Source of the DNA: Bifidobacterium breve
GTDB lineage: Bacteria; Actinomycetota; Actinomycetes; S36-B12; UBA5976
Length of the DNA: 52,398 bases
Assembly: GCA_945866135.1 (NCBI GenBank)
Contig: CAMBGF010000003.1
Coordinates: forward strand, 1-52,398
Direction of reading: 5' to 3'
The notes beneath the pieces are model-generated. The model was not told where the DNA came from. It was given only the letters and a program-made list of their open reading frames with translations, and ran no database searches. A program made the translations under genes and the position numbers. Below, in pieces: positions 1 through 8,860 of this stretch (positions are counted from its first letter, which is position 1; every line of letters begins with the position of its first letter).

Positions 1-363
1 GTTTTCGATGAATTCGCAGCGCTTTTGGACAATGCAATTTTTGTGGCCCATCACGCCAAGTTCGATGAGAGCTTTGTGGCAGCCGAAGCAAAGCACGCCG
101 GCCTGAATCTTGCGGTTATGCCAGGGCTTTGCACTTACTGGCTGGCTCGGGCCACGGTAACTGGAACCCAAAACCTCAAGTTAGGAACTTTGGCTGAGAA
201 TTTTGGCATTTCCCAACTTGGCGCCCACTCTGCGCTAGATGATGCCCGAGTAGTCAGCCAAATGTTGCCCAAGATGTTAAGCAACCATGATCCGTTAACT
301 TATTTTTCAAATGAGGTAACGCAACCGCGAACTGGGTTTAGCGCTAATTCTTTGCCGAGATAG
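1..363 (+). CDS. DEDDh 3'-5' exonuclease (DnaQ/Pol III epsilon-like), 5' end outside the window
   Basis: Frame open from base 1 (VFDEFAALLD...); Exo II motif VAHHAKFD and Exo III motif HSALDDA. Confidence 0.85.
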   Translation, partial: VFDEFAALLDNAIFVAHHAKFDESFVAAEAKHAGLNLAVMPGLCTYWLARATVTGTQNLKLGTLAENFGISQLGAHSALDDARVVSQMLPKMLSNHDPLTYFSNEVTQPRTGFSANSLPR

Positions 364-388
364 CCGTGGCTAAGTAATCTTCGAAAAG

Positions 389-1024
389 TTATTCGATTAC
401 AACAAGTCCATTTGAAGTTTGGAACGTTACTGAACAAAGACCAATTTCACCGTCTTCAATCCAAGTTAATTCGATATCGTCAAGCAGTGCCTCAGGCGAA
501 TCGCCAAGCCATGATGCCAGCGAATTGCGGTCGCCATTAAAAGTAAAATCAGTAATGCTGACAGCTGATGTGCCACCAACACTTGGGTGAGCGCTCATGT
601 CATCCCACTTAATAAAGAAAGGCAAAATTGGTTCGGCGATTAAGTCGATAACTCCAATTTGCTGCCATGTCAGATCAGTACCACCTGGGCGCTGGCGATG
701 ACCTGGCCCGGCCGAGCGACCAATTCGAGTTTCGAGCGCGGAGATATCATCAACTCGAACGGCCCATCCCATCCAGCCACCACCGGCTTCAGCGCGGTTA
801 CGAACGGCTTGACCAAAGGGCACAGTCTCTGCAACTGGGTGTTCTAGCGGCGCCACGATTTCAATGTATTGGCCGGTAGCCAAAGGCAAAATAAAATTGC
901 GTGTCCCAGCACGTGGGTGCTTGCCACCGTCGATAAATGCAACACCTAATTCGGCGCCAAGACGTTGAACTGTGTCAGCTAATTCGGCATTGGTTACGGC
1001 GTAGGCCACGTGATCAAGTTGCAT
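389..1024 (-). CDS. VOC/glyoxalase-like family protein (Glyoxalase_3 type)
   Basis: LDHVAYAV, GGKHPRAGTRN, YIEIVA and PFFIKW motifs typical of the family. Confidence 0.85.
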   Translation of the reverse strand: MQLDHVAYAVTNAELADTVQRLGAELGVAFIDGGKHPRAGTRNFILPLATGQYIEIVAPLEHPVAETVPFGQAVRNRAEAGGGWMGWAVRVDDISALETRIGRSAGPGHRQRPGGTDLTWQQIGVIDLIAEPILPFFIKWDDMSAHPSVGGTSAVSITDFTFNGDRNSLASWLGDSPEALLDDIELTWIEDGEIGLCSVTFQTSNGLVVIE

Positions 1025-1135
1025 GTTAAAACTTTGGCATAACCGGGGTTACTCATTAGCACCGGGGTAGGGTTTCGCGCGCGACACGCAGGGAGCCTCA
1101 TTACCGACTTTGCTCACTTATATTGTCTAGATTTT

Positions 1136-1193
1136 CGGTAAGCACCCAGAGGGATGGCGGAGGGGAAGCCACCTGAACCCTGGGTGCCCTTTT
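1136..1193 (+). ncRNA. Candidate small RNA or terminator-like structured element
   Basis: GCACCCAG (1142-1149) pairs with CTGGGTGC (1180-1187); inner TGGC/GCCA stem with GGAGGGGAA loop; CCTTTT tail; upstream TATTGT/TAGATT -10-like hexamers. The 5' end is a guess. Confidence 0.4.
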
Positions 1194-1288
1194 ATGCCAT
1201 TTTGCAATCGCTAATTCCACAACTGCCATCTATACACAACAAAACATTTGCACTGATGGATTGCCACAAGTTCGGTCACGCTTGCGAA

Positions 1289-1867
1289 ATGAAAAAAACT
1301 ACTAAGCAAGCAGATAAAGTTTCCGAACCATTGGTTAGTTCCGATTCTGAGCAATTAACGGACGAACAACTGGAATTGCGCGAGCAAGCACTGGCTAAAG
1401 CTGCGCAAAAGTTCGCCAAAACTCTCGCCAGGAGTGCGGTGGCTACCCGCAAAGACTTAGTAAATCAGGTCTTTAGTCAATTAAGTGATGCTGCAATCTT
1501 CAATTGGGCAGACCACGCAAAACTTTGTGTCGCGCTTTGCGACATTCGAACCCGAGATGGCTTACTGCGCATACTCCATGACGAAGTCGAGCTTCGACCA
1601 CAGGTTTGCGATCATCTTGCGCGCGAAATGGCGCGGGCTGGCAAGCAATGGGTCGCACCACTTGCCACAGTATTTGGCGGGATAGTTTGGCTGGCTGGAT
1701 TCCCAGATCAAACTAGAACTGCGATTAATCAAGCTCTTGAAGCTGACCCCAGTTACTCACTTGCCCAACTGCTCGACATTGCGCTTCGTCACAACGTGCC
1801 GGCATCGATCTGGTCGGCTTCCCTTGAGGCTGTGAGTTTCCAGGCTTGCTTAAAGGGCGCCGCATGA
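1289..1867 (+). CDS. DUF4192-like protein (short, C-terminal part only)
   Basis: RDGLL...APLATVFGGIVWLAG...ALEADPSYSLAQLL resembles the DUF4192 C-terminus; position near sigA fits actinobacterial synteny; ATG 1289 preferred over 1154, which lies inside the hairpin. Confidence 0.7.
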   Translation: MKKTTKQADKVSEPLVSSDSEQLTDEQLELREQALAKAAQKFAKTLARSAVATRKDLVNQVFSQLSDAAIFNWADHAKLCVALCDIRTRDGLLRILHDEVELRPQVCDHLAREMARAGKQWVAPLATVFGGIVWLAGFPDQTRTAINQALEADPSYSLAQLLDIALRHNVPASIWSASLEAVSFQACLKGAA

Positions 1868-1876
1868 TTATCCACA
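1868..1876 (+). promoter_or_regulatory. Perfect DnaA-box sequence TTATCCACA
   Basis: Exact consensus 9-mer directly after the DUF4192 stop codon; function unproven. Confidence 0.35.
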
Positions 1877-1964
1877 ACTTCAATTACAAAAACCTACGAA
1901 GTGTCAATGTGCGTAGGCTGGAGATTTCAGTCAAATTGTTTTCCAAATAAGCCGGCGGTGGGAA

Positions 1965-2795
1965 ATGCAGCGAGCAATTGCCAGGTCAATTCGCACGGCT
2001 GGGTTATTTGTGATGCTAATAATAATCTTTTCGTTTTCGCTGCTGCCACAAAGCAACGCCTTAACTTCAGATGTCTCCGGCGACAATCAAATGGCGGCCT
2101 ACATCGGCACTGGTGGCTTGCTTTTGCCGGACTCATTTTCAGGATCTACGCAAACCAGGTCACAAGTCTCAAGTTGTCTTGGCTGCACTTGGAAGTACAC
2201 CATTTATTGCATGCAGGATTCAGATAGCCCGTGTCGTCACGCCGTTGTTTCTTGCCCGGCTGGCTCACTGCTATATCGAGTAAGTTTCGGCTTAACTCCC
2301 AGCACGGTAAGTGAAATCGGTTCAGTCTGCTGGGGCAGCTCGCAGCCCTTAACTAGGGAGCTAGCGGAAGCTAACGTTGCTGATTACGTGATTCGGTATG
2401 TGCCAGCGCTAGTTCCAGGTTTTGACCCACCAGATGGGACTCTTACGAGCATTCCAGCAATTTTTTGGACTGGGCAGCCCACCATTTTGTCACCGCCCAG
2501 TTTTACGTTGTCAGGTCGCAACGTCACGATCACGGCCAGGCCAACTTGGCGCTGGGTCTGGGGGGATGGCAGCGCTGTCTGGAAAAGTGTGCCAGGGGCG
2601 CCGTATCCAAGTCGGCAAATAACTCACCAATTTCGGGAGTCTGGCGATTACCAAACGCAAGTCACTACGGTCTGGACCGCCACTTACACGGTTTCTGGGG
2701 TGGGCACATTTGATGTTTCTGGTGAGGTGATTAGGCAAACACAAATGCTCCAAGTTCCCGTGAAGTCTGCCCGCACCGTTCTAGTTAGCCACTGA
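1965..2795 (+). CDS. Secreted protein with Cys-rich N-terminal region and C-terminal PKD-like beta domain
   Basis: Signal peptide ending PQSNA; 6 Cys; WRWVWGDG...GAPYP...ITHQF...GDYQTQVTTVW PKD-like pattern. Confidence 0.7.
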   Translation: MQRAIARSIRTAGLFVMLIIIFSFSLLPQSNALTSDVSGDNQMAAYIGTGGLLLPDSFSGSTQTRSQVSSCLGCTWKYTIYCMQDSDSPCRHAVVSCPAGSLLYRVSFGLTPSTVSEIGSVCWGSSQPLTRELAEANVADYVIRYVPALVPGFDPPDGTLTSIPAIFWTGQPTILSPPSFTLSGRNVTITARPTWRWVWGDGSAVWKSVPGAPYPSRQITHQFRESGDYQTQVTTVWTATYTVSGVGTFDVSGEVIRQTQMLQVPVKSARTVLVSH

Positions 2796-2829
2796 TCCAC
2801 CTCGATTCTGCGATGTCACCAGCAAGGGG

Positions 2830-2887
2830 TACACTTAAGACGCGTCCTAAGGATGTCGCCCGTGTTGAGCTTTTGCTTGACAAGGGC
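2830..2887 (+). promoter_or_regulatory. Putative sigA -10 element (TACACT) and leader hairpin
   Basis: TACACT at 2830-2835; 13-bp stem 2858-2887 with 2 G-U pairs and 1 mismatch; RBS GAGG before GTG 2935. Confidence 0.4.
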
Positions 2888-2934
2888 TCTTGTTATTGCA
2901 CGAGTTTGAATTTTGGAAGTTGAAAGAGGTTTAA

Positions 2935-4353
2935 GTGGTTACGAAAAAGGCAGCACCAGCAAAGAAAATTTCTGCAAAGAAAGCTACCGCGCCAGCTAAG
3001 AAGGCACCTGCAAAAGCAAGTGCCAAGAAAGCCGCTCCAGGTAAGCCAGCTGCCAAAAAAACTGCCACACCGGTTAAAAAATCTGTCGCTAAAGCCGCCC
3101 CGAAAAAGACAGCAACACCTGCCAAAAAATCTACTTCACTTAGCAAGTCAAGTGAAAAGCCAACTAAAAAATCTGCCCAGGCGCCAAAGGGTTTAAAGGG
3201 TTTAAAGGGTGTTGTTAGTGAAGAGGATGCCATTGAATTAGATGGCGAAATAGTTATTGACGAAGTTGAATTAGCCGCTGCTGCAGTTCTTGAAGTTGAT
3301 CTTGAGACTGAACTCGTCGCCGACTTAGCTGAAATCGCAGACGATGAAGATGCCGAACCCGTAGTTGCTGCTGATAGCGACCACTTAATCATTTCTGATG
3401 TTGATGACACCGATGAGCCGGTTCAGCAAGTAATTACAGCGGGAGCTACCGCTGACCCAGTTAAGGATTACCTCAAGCAAATCGGTAAAGTTCCGCTGCT
3501 AAATGCGGAAGAAGAAGTAGATCTGGCAAAGCGAATTGAAGCTGGATTATTTTCCGAAGAATTATTAGCAACTCGGGGACCATTTAAAGATCGCCGCCAA
3601 GGTGACTATGAATGGATCGCCGAAGATGGTCAGCGCGCCAAGAATCACCTGCTTGAAGCAAACCTTCGTCTGGTAGTTTCGCTGGCAAAGCGCTACACCG
3701 GTCGTGGCATGTTATTCCTGGACTTGATCCAAGAAGGTAACTTAGGACTAATTCGCGCCGTAGAAAAGTTTGACTACACCAAGGGTTACAAGTTCTCGAC
3801 ATATGCAACTTGGTGGATTCGCCAAGCAATTACCCGAGCCATGGCTGATCAAGCACGCACCATTCGTATTCCAGTTCACATGGTTGAAGTCATCAATAAA
3901 CTCGCTCGAGTGCAGCGTCAGATGCTCCAAGATCTAGGCCGCGAACCAACACCAGAAGAATTAGCCCGCGAACTTGATATGACTCCAGAAAAAGTCGTGG
4001 AAGTTCAAAAGTATGGTCGCGAACCGATCTCCCTTCACACCCCACTTGGCGAAGAGGGCGATAGCGAGTTCGGCGATTTAATCGAGGACTCCGAAGCTAT
4101 CGTTCCAGCTGATGCGGTTTCCTTTACTTTGCTGCAAGAACAACTTGATTCAGTCCTGGACACTTTGTCAGATCGCGAATCTGGTGTGGTCAAAATGCGC
4201 TTTGGTCTTACTGATGGCCAGCCAAAGACACTTGATGAAATCGGCAAAGTTTATGGCGTGACTCGTGAGCGGATTCGACAAATTGAATCAAAGACCATGT
4301 CGAAATTGCGTCACCCTTCGCGTTCCCAGGTTTTGCGCGACTACTTAGATTAG
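2935..4353 (+). CDS. sigA: Principal RNA polymerase sigma factor SigA/HrdB
   Basis: Region 1.2 [16 protein letters not shown]; region 2 [37 protein letters not shown]; region 4 TRERIRQIE; Ala/Lys-rich N-terminus. Confidence 0.98.
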   Translation: MVTKKAAPAKKISAKKATAPAKKAPAKASAKKAAPGKPAAKKTATPVKKSVAKAAPKKTATPAKKSTSLSKSSEKPTKKSAQAPKGLKGLKGVVSEEDAIELDGEIVIDEVELAAAAVLEVDLETELVADLAEIADDEDAEPVVAADSDHLIISDVDDTDEPVQQVITAGATADPVKDYLKQIGKVPLLNAEEEVDLAKRIEAGLFSEELLATRGPFKDRRQGDYEWIAEDGQRAKNHLLEANLRLVVSLAKRYTGRGMLFLDLIQEGNLGLIRAVEKFDYTKGYKFSTYATWWIRQAITRAMADQARTIRIPVHMVEVINKLARVQRQMLQDLGREPTPEELARELDMTPEKVVEVQKYGREPISLHTPLGEEGDSEFGDLIEDSEAIVPADAVSFTLLQEQLDSVLDTLSDRESGVVKMRFGLTDGQPKTLDEIGKVYGVTRERIRQIESKTMSKLRHPSRSQVLRDYLD

Positions 4354-4471
4354 ACATTGAGTGCTCACAATTTGCAGGAATTAAGCGTTCGTTTTGCGTG
4401 TTGATCCGCCTAAACTTGCAGGCATTTGCCAAAATTAGGTGACCCTTTAATTATATTTAACACTTCTCCTG

Positions 4472-5614
4472 GTGGTGAAAATGAAATCTGCTCCACGTAT
4501 TTTTATTTTTGGCTTAGCAGCCATGTTCGCATTAAGTTCATGTGGTAGCGAGGATGTCGCTGACAGCGGATCAGATACTCCAGGAGCAGTAGTTTCTCCA
4601 GCCATTTGGTCGCTAACTGGTCTGCCAGGTCCTGATGACGCGCAATTAAAGCCAATTCTTGTTGTCAAGATTGAAAACAATTCAATAGTTCGCCCGCAAA
4701 CTGGGCTTGATCGCGCAGATTTAATTTTTGAAGAACTTGTCGAGGGTGGCGCGACGCGCTTTGCTGCTGCTTACCAATCAAACATTCCAGATGAAGTTGG
4801 TCCAGTGCGAAGTGTGCGCCACGTTGACGTATCAATTGCAGCGCCAATCGCTGATGTATTCGCATTTTCTGGCGGAGCCAAAAGAACAATGAAATATGTT
4901 GGCCTCGAGTTGCCAACCACAATGAGCCAGGTGCGCGAAGGTGCGCCAGGCATGAATCGCAAGCCTGGAGTTTCAGCTCCGAATAACTTGTTTCTAGATA
5001 CCAAGCAAATGTTTTCTGCCGTTGCCGAATATGACACACCATCTTCGGGTTTCTTCGTGCCATCACCTATTTCAGCAGCCGTTCCGGCGCCATCATCATC
5101 AGCTACCGCGGCCGTTGTACCAGCACCAGTAGGCAAAACAGTCAACACCGTTGAGGTTGCCTTTAGCACTCTTGCTAAACCGAATTGGAAATGGAACGCA
5201 GCCGATAAATTGTGGATGCGAAGCGAGGGATCTAATCCCTTCAACAACATAGATGGATCTCAGTTCGGTACTAATAATTTAGTCATCATTGAAATCCGGG
5301 AAGTCGATGCCGGTTACAAGGGCTCAACAGGTGGCTACGTGCCCCGAAGTGTGACCTCGGGCTCCGGTAGAGGTTGGGTGCTTTCAAATGGCAAGGCAGT
5401 GGAAGTTAAATGGAATAAGCCCACGGTTGTTTCCCAAATGGAATTAAGCGATACCAACGGCAATCCATTTACTATGCCAACGGGTCGCACTTGGGTTGAA
5501 TTGCTGCCTGTGGAAACCACCGGTAAGTATGGCTTTGATGGCGTTGCGGTTGCGATGAGTACTCCACCACAGCCCGCTGCAGTTCCGGAGCGAGACGAAA
5601 TACTTACGCCTTAA
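4472..5614 (+). CDS. DUF3048 family lipoprotein
   Basis: Lipobox LSSC; VKIENN...RPQTGL..AD.IFEELVEGG.TRF; GPVRSVR; start may be ATG 4481. Confidence 0.85.
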   Translation: MVKMKSAPRIFIFGLAAMFALSSCGSEDVADSGSDTPGAVVSPAIWSLTGLPGPDDAQLKPILVVKIENNSIVRPQTGLDRADLIFEELVEGGATRFAAAYQSNIPDEVGPVRSVRHVDVSIAAPIADVFAFSGGAKRTMKYVGLELPTTMSQVREGAPGMNRKPGVSAPNNLFLDTKQMFSAVAEYDTPSSGFFVPSPISAAVPAPSSSATAAVVPAPVGKTVNTVEVAFSTLAKPNWKWNAADKLWMRSEGSNPFNNIDGSQFGTNNLVIIEIREVDAGYKGSTGGYVPRSVTSGSGRGWVLSNGKAVEVKWNKPTVVSQMELSDTNGNPFTMPTGRTWVELLPVETTGKYGFDGVAVAMSTPPQPAAVPERDEILTP

Positions 5615-5634
5615 CTTAAGAATCGCTAGAAGTA

Positions 5635-5835
5635 TTAAGCGTTCTTTAGTTGGTGCTGTTCGTCCTGCACATCGGTTGCAACACTGCGCAAGCGAACTTC
5701 GTGTTCTTTGAAATGGTGACTGCAGAACTGTAAAGCAGAGCCGCTTTCTAGGTGCACGCGAACAAGGGCCTGGGCGCCACAGCGATCACAGCGATCTGAG
5801 ACGGTCAGTGGGGTACGAGTAATTGTTGATGTCAT
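5635..5835 (-). CDS. Small conserved actinobacterial zinc-ribbon-like protein
   Basis: DRCDRCGAQA...FCSHH; divergent from parE as in other actinobacteria. Confidence 0.8.
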   Translation of the reverse strand: MTSTITRTPLTVSDRCDRCGAQALVRVHLESGSALQFCSHHFKEHEVRLRSVATDVQDEQHQLKNA

Positions 5836-6038
5836 TGTTTCACCAGCCCTTAGTTACTTTGCATTTTGATTGATTGCTCTATTCTGTAATTATTTCAGAG
5901 AGTTGGCGCTTTAACACGCCGCGAAATGTAGTTTCACTAATGGCGTATCTATCACAATTCACAAACGAACTTGAAGGTTAATTTTGGGCGGCGTGGCAGT
6001 CCAGCAATCGTCCAACAAATGCCTATTGTTAAAGGGTT

Positions 6039-8123
6039 ATGGTAGTAAAAAAGACCGCAGTTTCTCCTGGTGATTACAACGCAGCAAACTTATCGGTCTT
6101 AGAAGGTCTAGACGCTGTTCGTAAGCGCCCTGGAATGTATATCGGTTCCACTGACTCGCGCGGCTTGATGCACTGCCTCTGGGAAATCATTGACAACTCA
6201 GTTGACGAAGCTTTAGGTGGCCACTGCACCCTAATTGAAGTCACGCTGCACTCTGATCAAGTCGCTGAAGTACATGACAATGGTCGTGGTATTCCAGTGG
6301 ACGTAGAGCCCAAAACCAAACTAACTGGCGTAGAGGTCGTTATGACCAAGTTGCACGCGGGCGGAAAGTTTGGCGGCGGTTCCTATACGGCCTCCGGTGG
6401 CCTGCACGGTGTTGGAGCCTCAGTAGTTAACGCGCTTTCAAGTCGACTAAACGTTGAAGTGGATCGCGCCGGGGCAACGCATGTGATTTCTTTTAGCCGC
6501 GGGGCACCTGGAAATTTTGTTGGCAATGATGAATCGGGCAAGTTCACTAAACAAGGTGGTTTAAAGAAGTCTGGGAAACCAGCAAAAAAGACTGCGACGG
6601 GAACCCGGATTAAGTTTTGGGCTGATACGCAAATTTTCACACCGGACGCGGCATTTGATTTAGCAGAAATTCACGCGCGTGCCAGACAGACTTCATATTT
6701 AGTAAATGGCTTAAAAATTGTCGTCACTGACAAGCGCCTAAAGTCCGAACAAACTTGCGAGTTCGTGCACGTCGGTGGGATTTCGGAATTTTGCGAGTTC
6801 CTCTCCGAAGGTGAGTCCGTATCACCAGTGATTCGACTGAAGGGCAGCGGTAAATTTCATGAAACTGTCCCAGTGCTCGATGCCCAAGGACACATGACGC
6901 CGCAAAATGTTGAGCGCGAGCTTGGCGTGGACATCGCGCTGCTTTGGAACAATACCTACGACTCGCAATTGCAGTCGTATGTGAACATAATTTCAACGCC
7001 AAAAGGCGGCACACACGTCACTGGCTTTGACCGGGCAATCGTAAAGACTGTTAACGAACAACTTAAAGCGCAGCGACTGCTAAAGGCTGGTGAGGACTCA
7101 ATAACTAAAGAAGATGTGCAAGAGGGGATGACTGCAGTTGTCACGGTACGCCTAGCTGAACCGCAATTTGAAGGTCAAACAAAGGAGATTTTGGGAACAC
7201 CGGCTGCGGCAAAAATTGTAAGCGCCGTTGTGAGCGCTGAACTCTCAAATTGGTTTACTAATCCACCACGCGGGGCAAAACCAGCAGCGCGAATCGTGCT
7301 GGAAAAAATCGCAAATGCTTCGCGTGCACGCCTTGCTGCGCGCCATCATCGTGATACCCAGCGCCGAAAGACCGCGCTTGAATCTTCGACTTTGCCAGCT
7401 AAGTTAAAGGACTGCCGAAGTGAAGACAACGAACGAACTGAGTTGTTTATTGTGGAAGGTGACAGCGCACTTGGCACGGCTAAATCTGCGCGAAATAGTG
7501 AGTTCCAGGCGCTGCTTCCGATTCGTGGAAAAATTCTCAATGTGCAAAAAGCTTCCCTGGCTGACATGCTCAAAAACAATGAGTGTGCCTCAATCCTGCA
7601 GGTTATCGGCGCTGGCTCGGGCAGATCTTTTGAAATGGACGCAGTTCGCTACAACAAGATCATTATCTTGGCCGATGCCGACGTTGACGGCGCACACATC
7701 AGAACACTTTTGCTGACTTTGTTTCAAAGGTATTTAACTCCGTTACTTGAAGCCGGCAGAGTTTACGCCGCAGTGCCGCCACTTCACCGAATTGAAGTTA
7801 TTGGCGCTGCTAAAAAACCTGGCGAAGTCATCTACACCTACAGCGATGCCGAAATGACCGCCACAGTTAAAGAGCTAACTAAGACGGGGCGTCGCTGGAA
7901 AGAGCCAATTCAGCGTTACAAAGGTTTGGGCGAAATGGACGCGGTGCAATTGCGCGAAACTACAATGGACCCGGCAAAGCGAACGCTGCGCCGAATTACC
8001 GTGAGCGATGCAAAGTCAGCAGAGAATGTTTTTGAATTGTTGATGGGAAGTGAAGTAGCCCCGCGCAAGGACTTTATTATCGAAGGCGCCGCAAGCTTGG
8101 ATCGATCAAAAATCGACGTTTAA
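6039..8123 (+). CDS. parE: DNA topoisomerase IV subunit B (GyrB paralogue)
   Basis: LEGLDAVRKRPGMYIG, EIIDNSVDE, GGLHGVG, EGDSA, PIRGK, DADVDG, RYKGLGEM; convergent with parC rather than in a dnaA-linked gyrBA operon. Confidence 0.92.
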   Translation: MVVKKTAVSPGDYNAANLSVLEGLDAVRKRPGMYIGSTDSRGLMHCLWEIIDNSVDEALGGHCTLIEVTLHSDQVAEVHDNGRGIPVDVEPKTKLTGVEVVMTKLHAGGKFGGGSYTASGGLHGVGASVVNALSSRLNVEVDRAGATHVISFSRGAPGNFVGNDESGKFTKQGGLKKSGKPAKKTATGTRIKFWADTQIFTPDAAFDLAEIHARARQTSYLVNGLKIVVTDKRLKSEQTCEFVHVGGISEFCEFLSEGESVSPVIRLKGSGKFHETVPVLDAQGHMTPQNVERELGVDIALLWNNTYDSQLQSYVNIISTPKGGTHVTGFDRAIVKTVNEQLKAQRLLKAGEDSITKEDVQEGMTAVVTVRLAEPQFEGQTKEILGTPAAAKIVSAVVSAELSNWFTNPPRGAKPAARIVLEKIANASRARLAARHHRDTQRRKTALESSTLPAKLKDCRSEDNERTELFIVEGDSALGTAKSARNSEFQALLPIRGKILNVQKASLADMLKNNECASILQVIGAGSGRSFEMDAVRYNKIIILADADVDGAHIRTLLLTLFQRYLTPLLEAGRVYAAVPPLHRIEVIGAAKKPGEVIYTYSDAEMTATVKELTKTGRRWKEPIQRYKGLGEMDAVQLRETTMDPAKRTLRRITVSDAKSAENVFELLMGSEVAPRKDFIIEGAASLDRSKIDV

Positions 8124-8326
8124 GAATTTTTTGGATTTGCCCGGCTAATTGCTACGGGTACCCCGCCAACACCCCAGTCATCAGCAGTAACTTCGTTAAT
8201 AACGATACGAACGTTATCTGGGTCAGCGCCAAGAACGCGTATTGCAGCTTCAGAAATCTCTTTGATAAGCGCATGCTTTTGTTCAACACTGCGACCTTCA
8301 ATGATTTGGACAGTTATAAAGGGCAT
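8120..8326 (-). CDS. 4-oxalocrotonate tautomerase family protein
   Basis: Catalytic Pro after Met; GRSVEQK and WGVGG motifs; 68 aa; RBS AGGAAG. Confidence 0.9.
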   Translation of the reverse strand: MPFITVQIIEGRSVEQKHALIKEISEAAIRVLGADPDNVRIVINEVTADDWGVGGVPVAISRANPKNS

Positions 8327-8337
8327 TAGCTTCCTAA

Positions 8338-8856
8338 CTAGTAGTCGAAAGTCTTGAGTTTGCCGGTATGTACGTCAAAGATCGCGCCAGCAACTGTAAC
8401 CCCGCTGGCCATAAGTGGGTAAGTGCGGATTCGCATAACGTCAGTCAATAAAGCATCTGCCTGATCAGTGACGGTTCGAAATTCAACGCTGCGGGTGTCT
8501 ACGTCATGGTCTTTGAGAATTAGATCGTGAATTTCGGATTCTGTGGCACTTGCCATCCGGCAATCAGTGTGGGGCATAACTAGAACACGATTTACCCCAA
8601 GTAGAAATGTTGCCAAAACTAGGGTTCGCAACACGTCATCAGTGACGCGCGCGCCAGCGTTACGTAGGATTTTCACATCACCTGGGGACATTCCAACTAT
8701 GGCTAGGGGACTGATGCGCGAATCCATGCAAGTAATGATTGCTAGACCTTTAGCTGCAGTACCAGTTAGATGCTGATTTTCAAATCCAGTTTCATATTTT
8801 GCATTAGCGGCTAAGACATCGGCGAATTCATTTGCTGGAAACGGTTGGTTTGGCAT
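8338..8856 (-). CDS. Beta-class carbonic anhydrase
   Basis: Zn ligands CMDSR and HTDC; RNAG; start ATG 8856 or GTG 8868 (the 8913 start lies inside the upstream gene). Confidence 0.9.
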   Translation of the reverse strand: MPNQPFPANEFADVLAANAKYETGFENQHLTGTAAKGLAIITCMDSRISPLAIVGMSPGDVKILRNAGARVTDDVLRTLVLATFLLGVNRVLVMPHTDCRMASATESEIHDLILKDHDVDTRSVEFRTVTDQADALLTDVMRIRTYPLMASGVTVAGAIFDVHTGKLKTFDY

Positions 8857-8860
8857 TTGC

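Noticed and set aside
1154-1288. N-terminal extension of the DUF4192 ORF from ATG 1154
   Set aside because: The start lies inside the hairpin, has no RBS and adds sequence with no family resemblance.
1868-1964. Possible oriC
   Set aside because: Only one perfect DnaA box, no dnaA/dnaN nearby and no clear AT-rich unwinding element.
2814-2835. PafBC/RecA-NDp-like promoter TGTCAC-N10-TACACT before sigA
   Set aside because: Spacing fits, but the hexamer deviates from TGTCRG and such a short match is easily chance.
2935-3212. AKKA-type repeats and AAAGGGTTT tandem (KGLKGLKG) as a repeat element or contingency locus
   Set aside because: In-frame low-complexity coding sequence typical of actinobacterial SigA; the 9-bp unit cannot shift the frame.
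2931-3410. 159-aa antisense ORF
   Set aside because: Shadow of the low-complexity sigA N-terminus.
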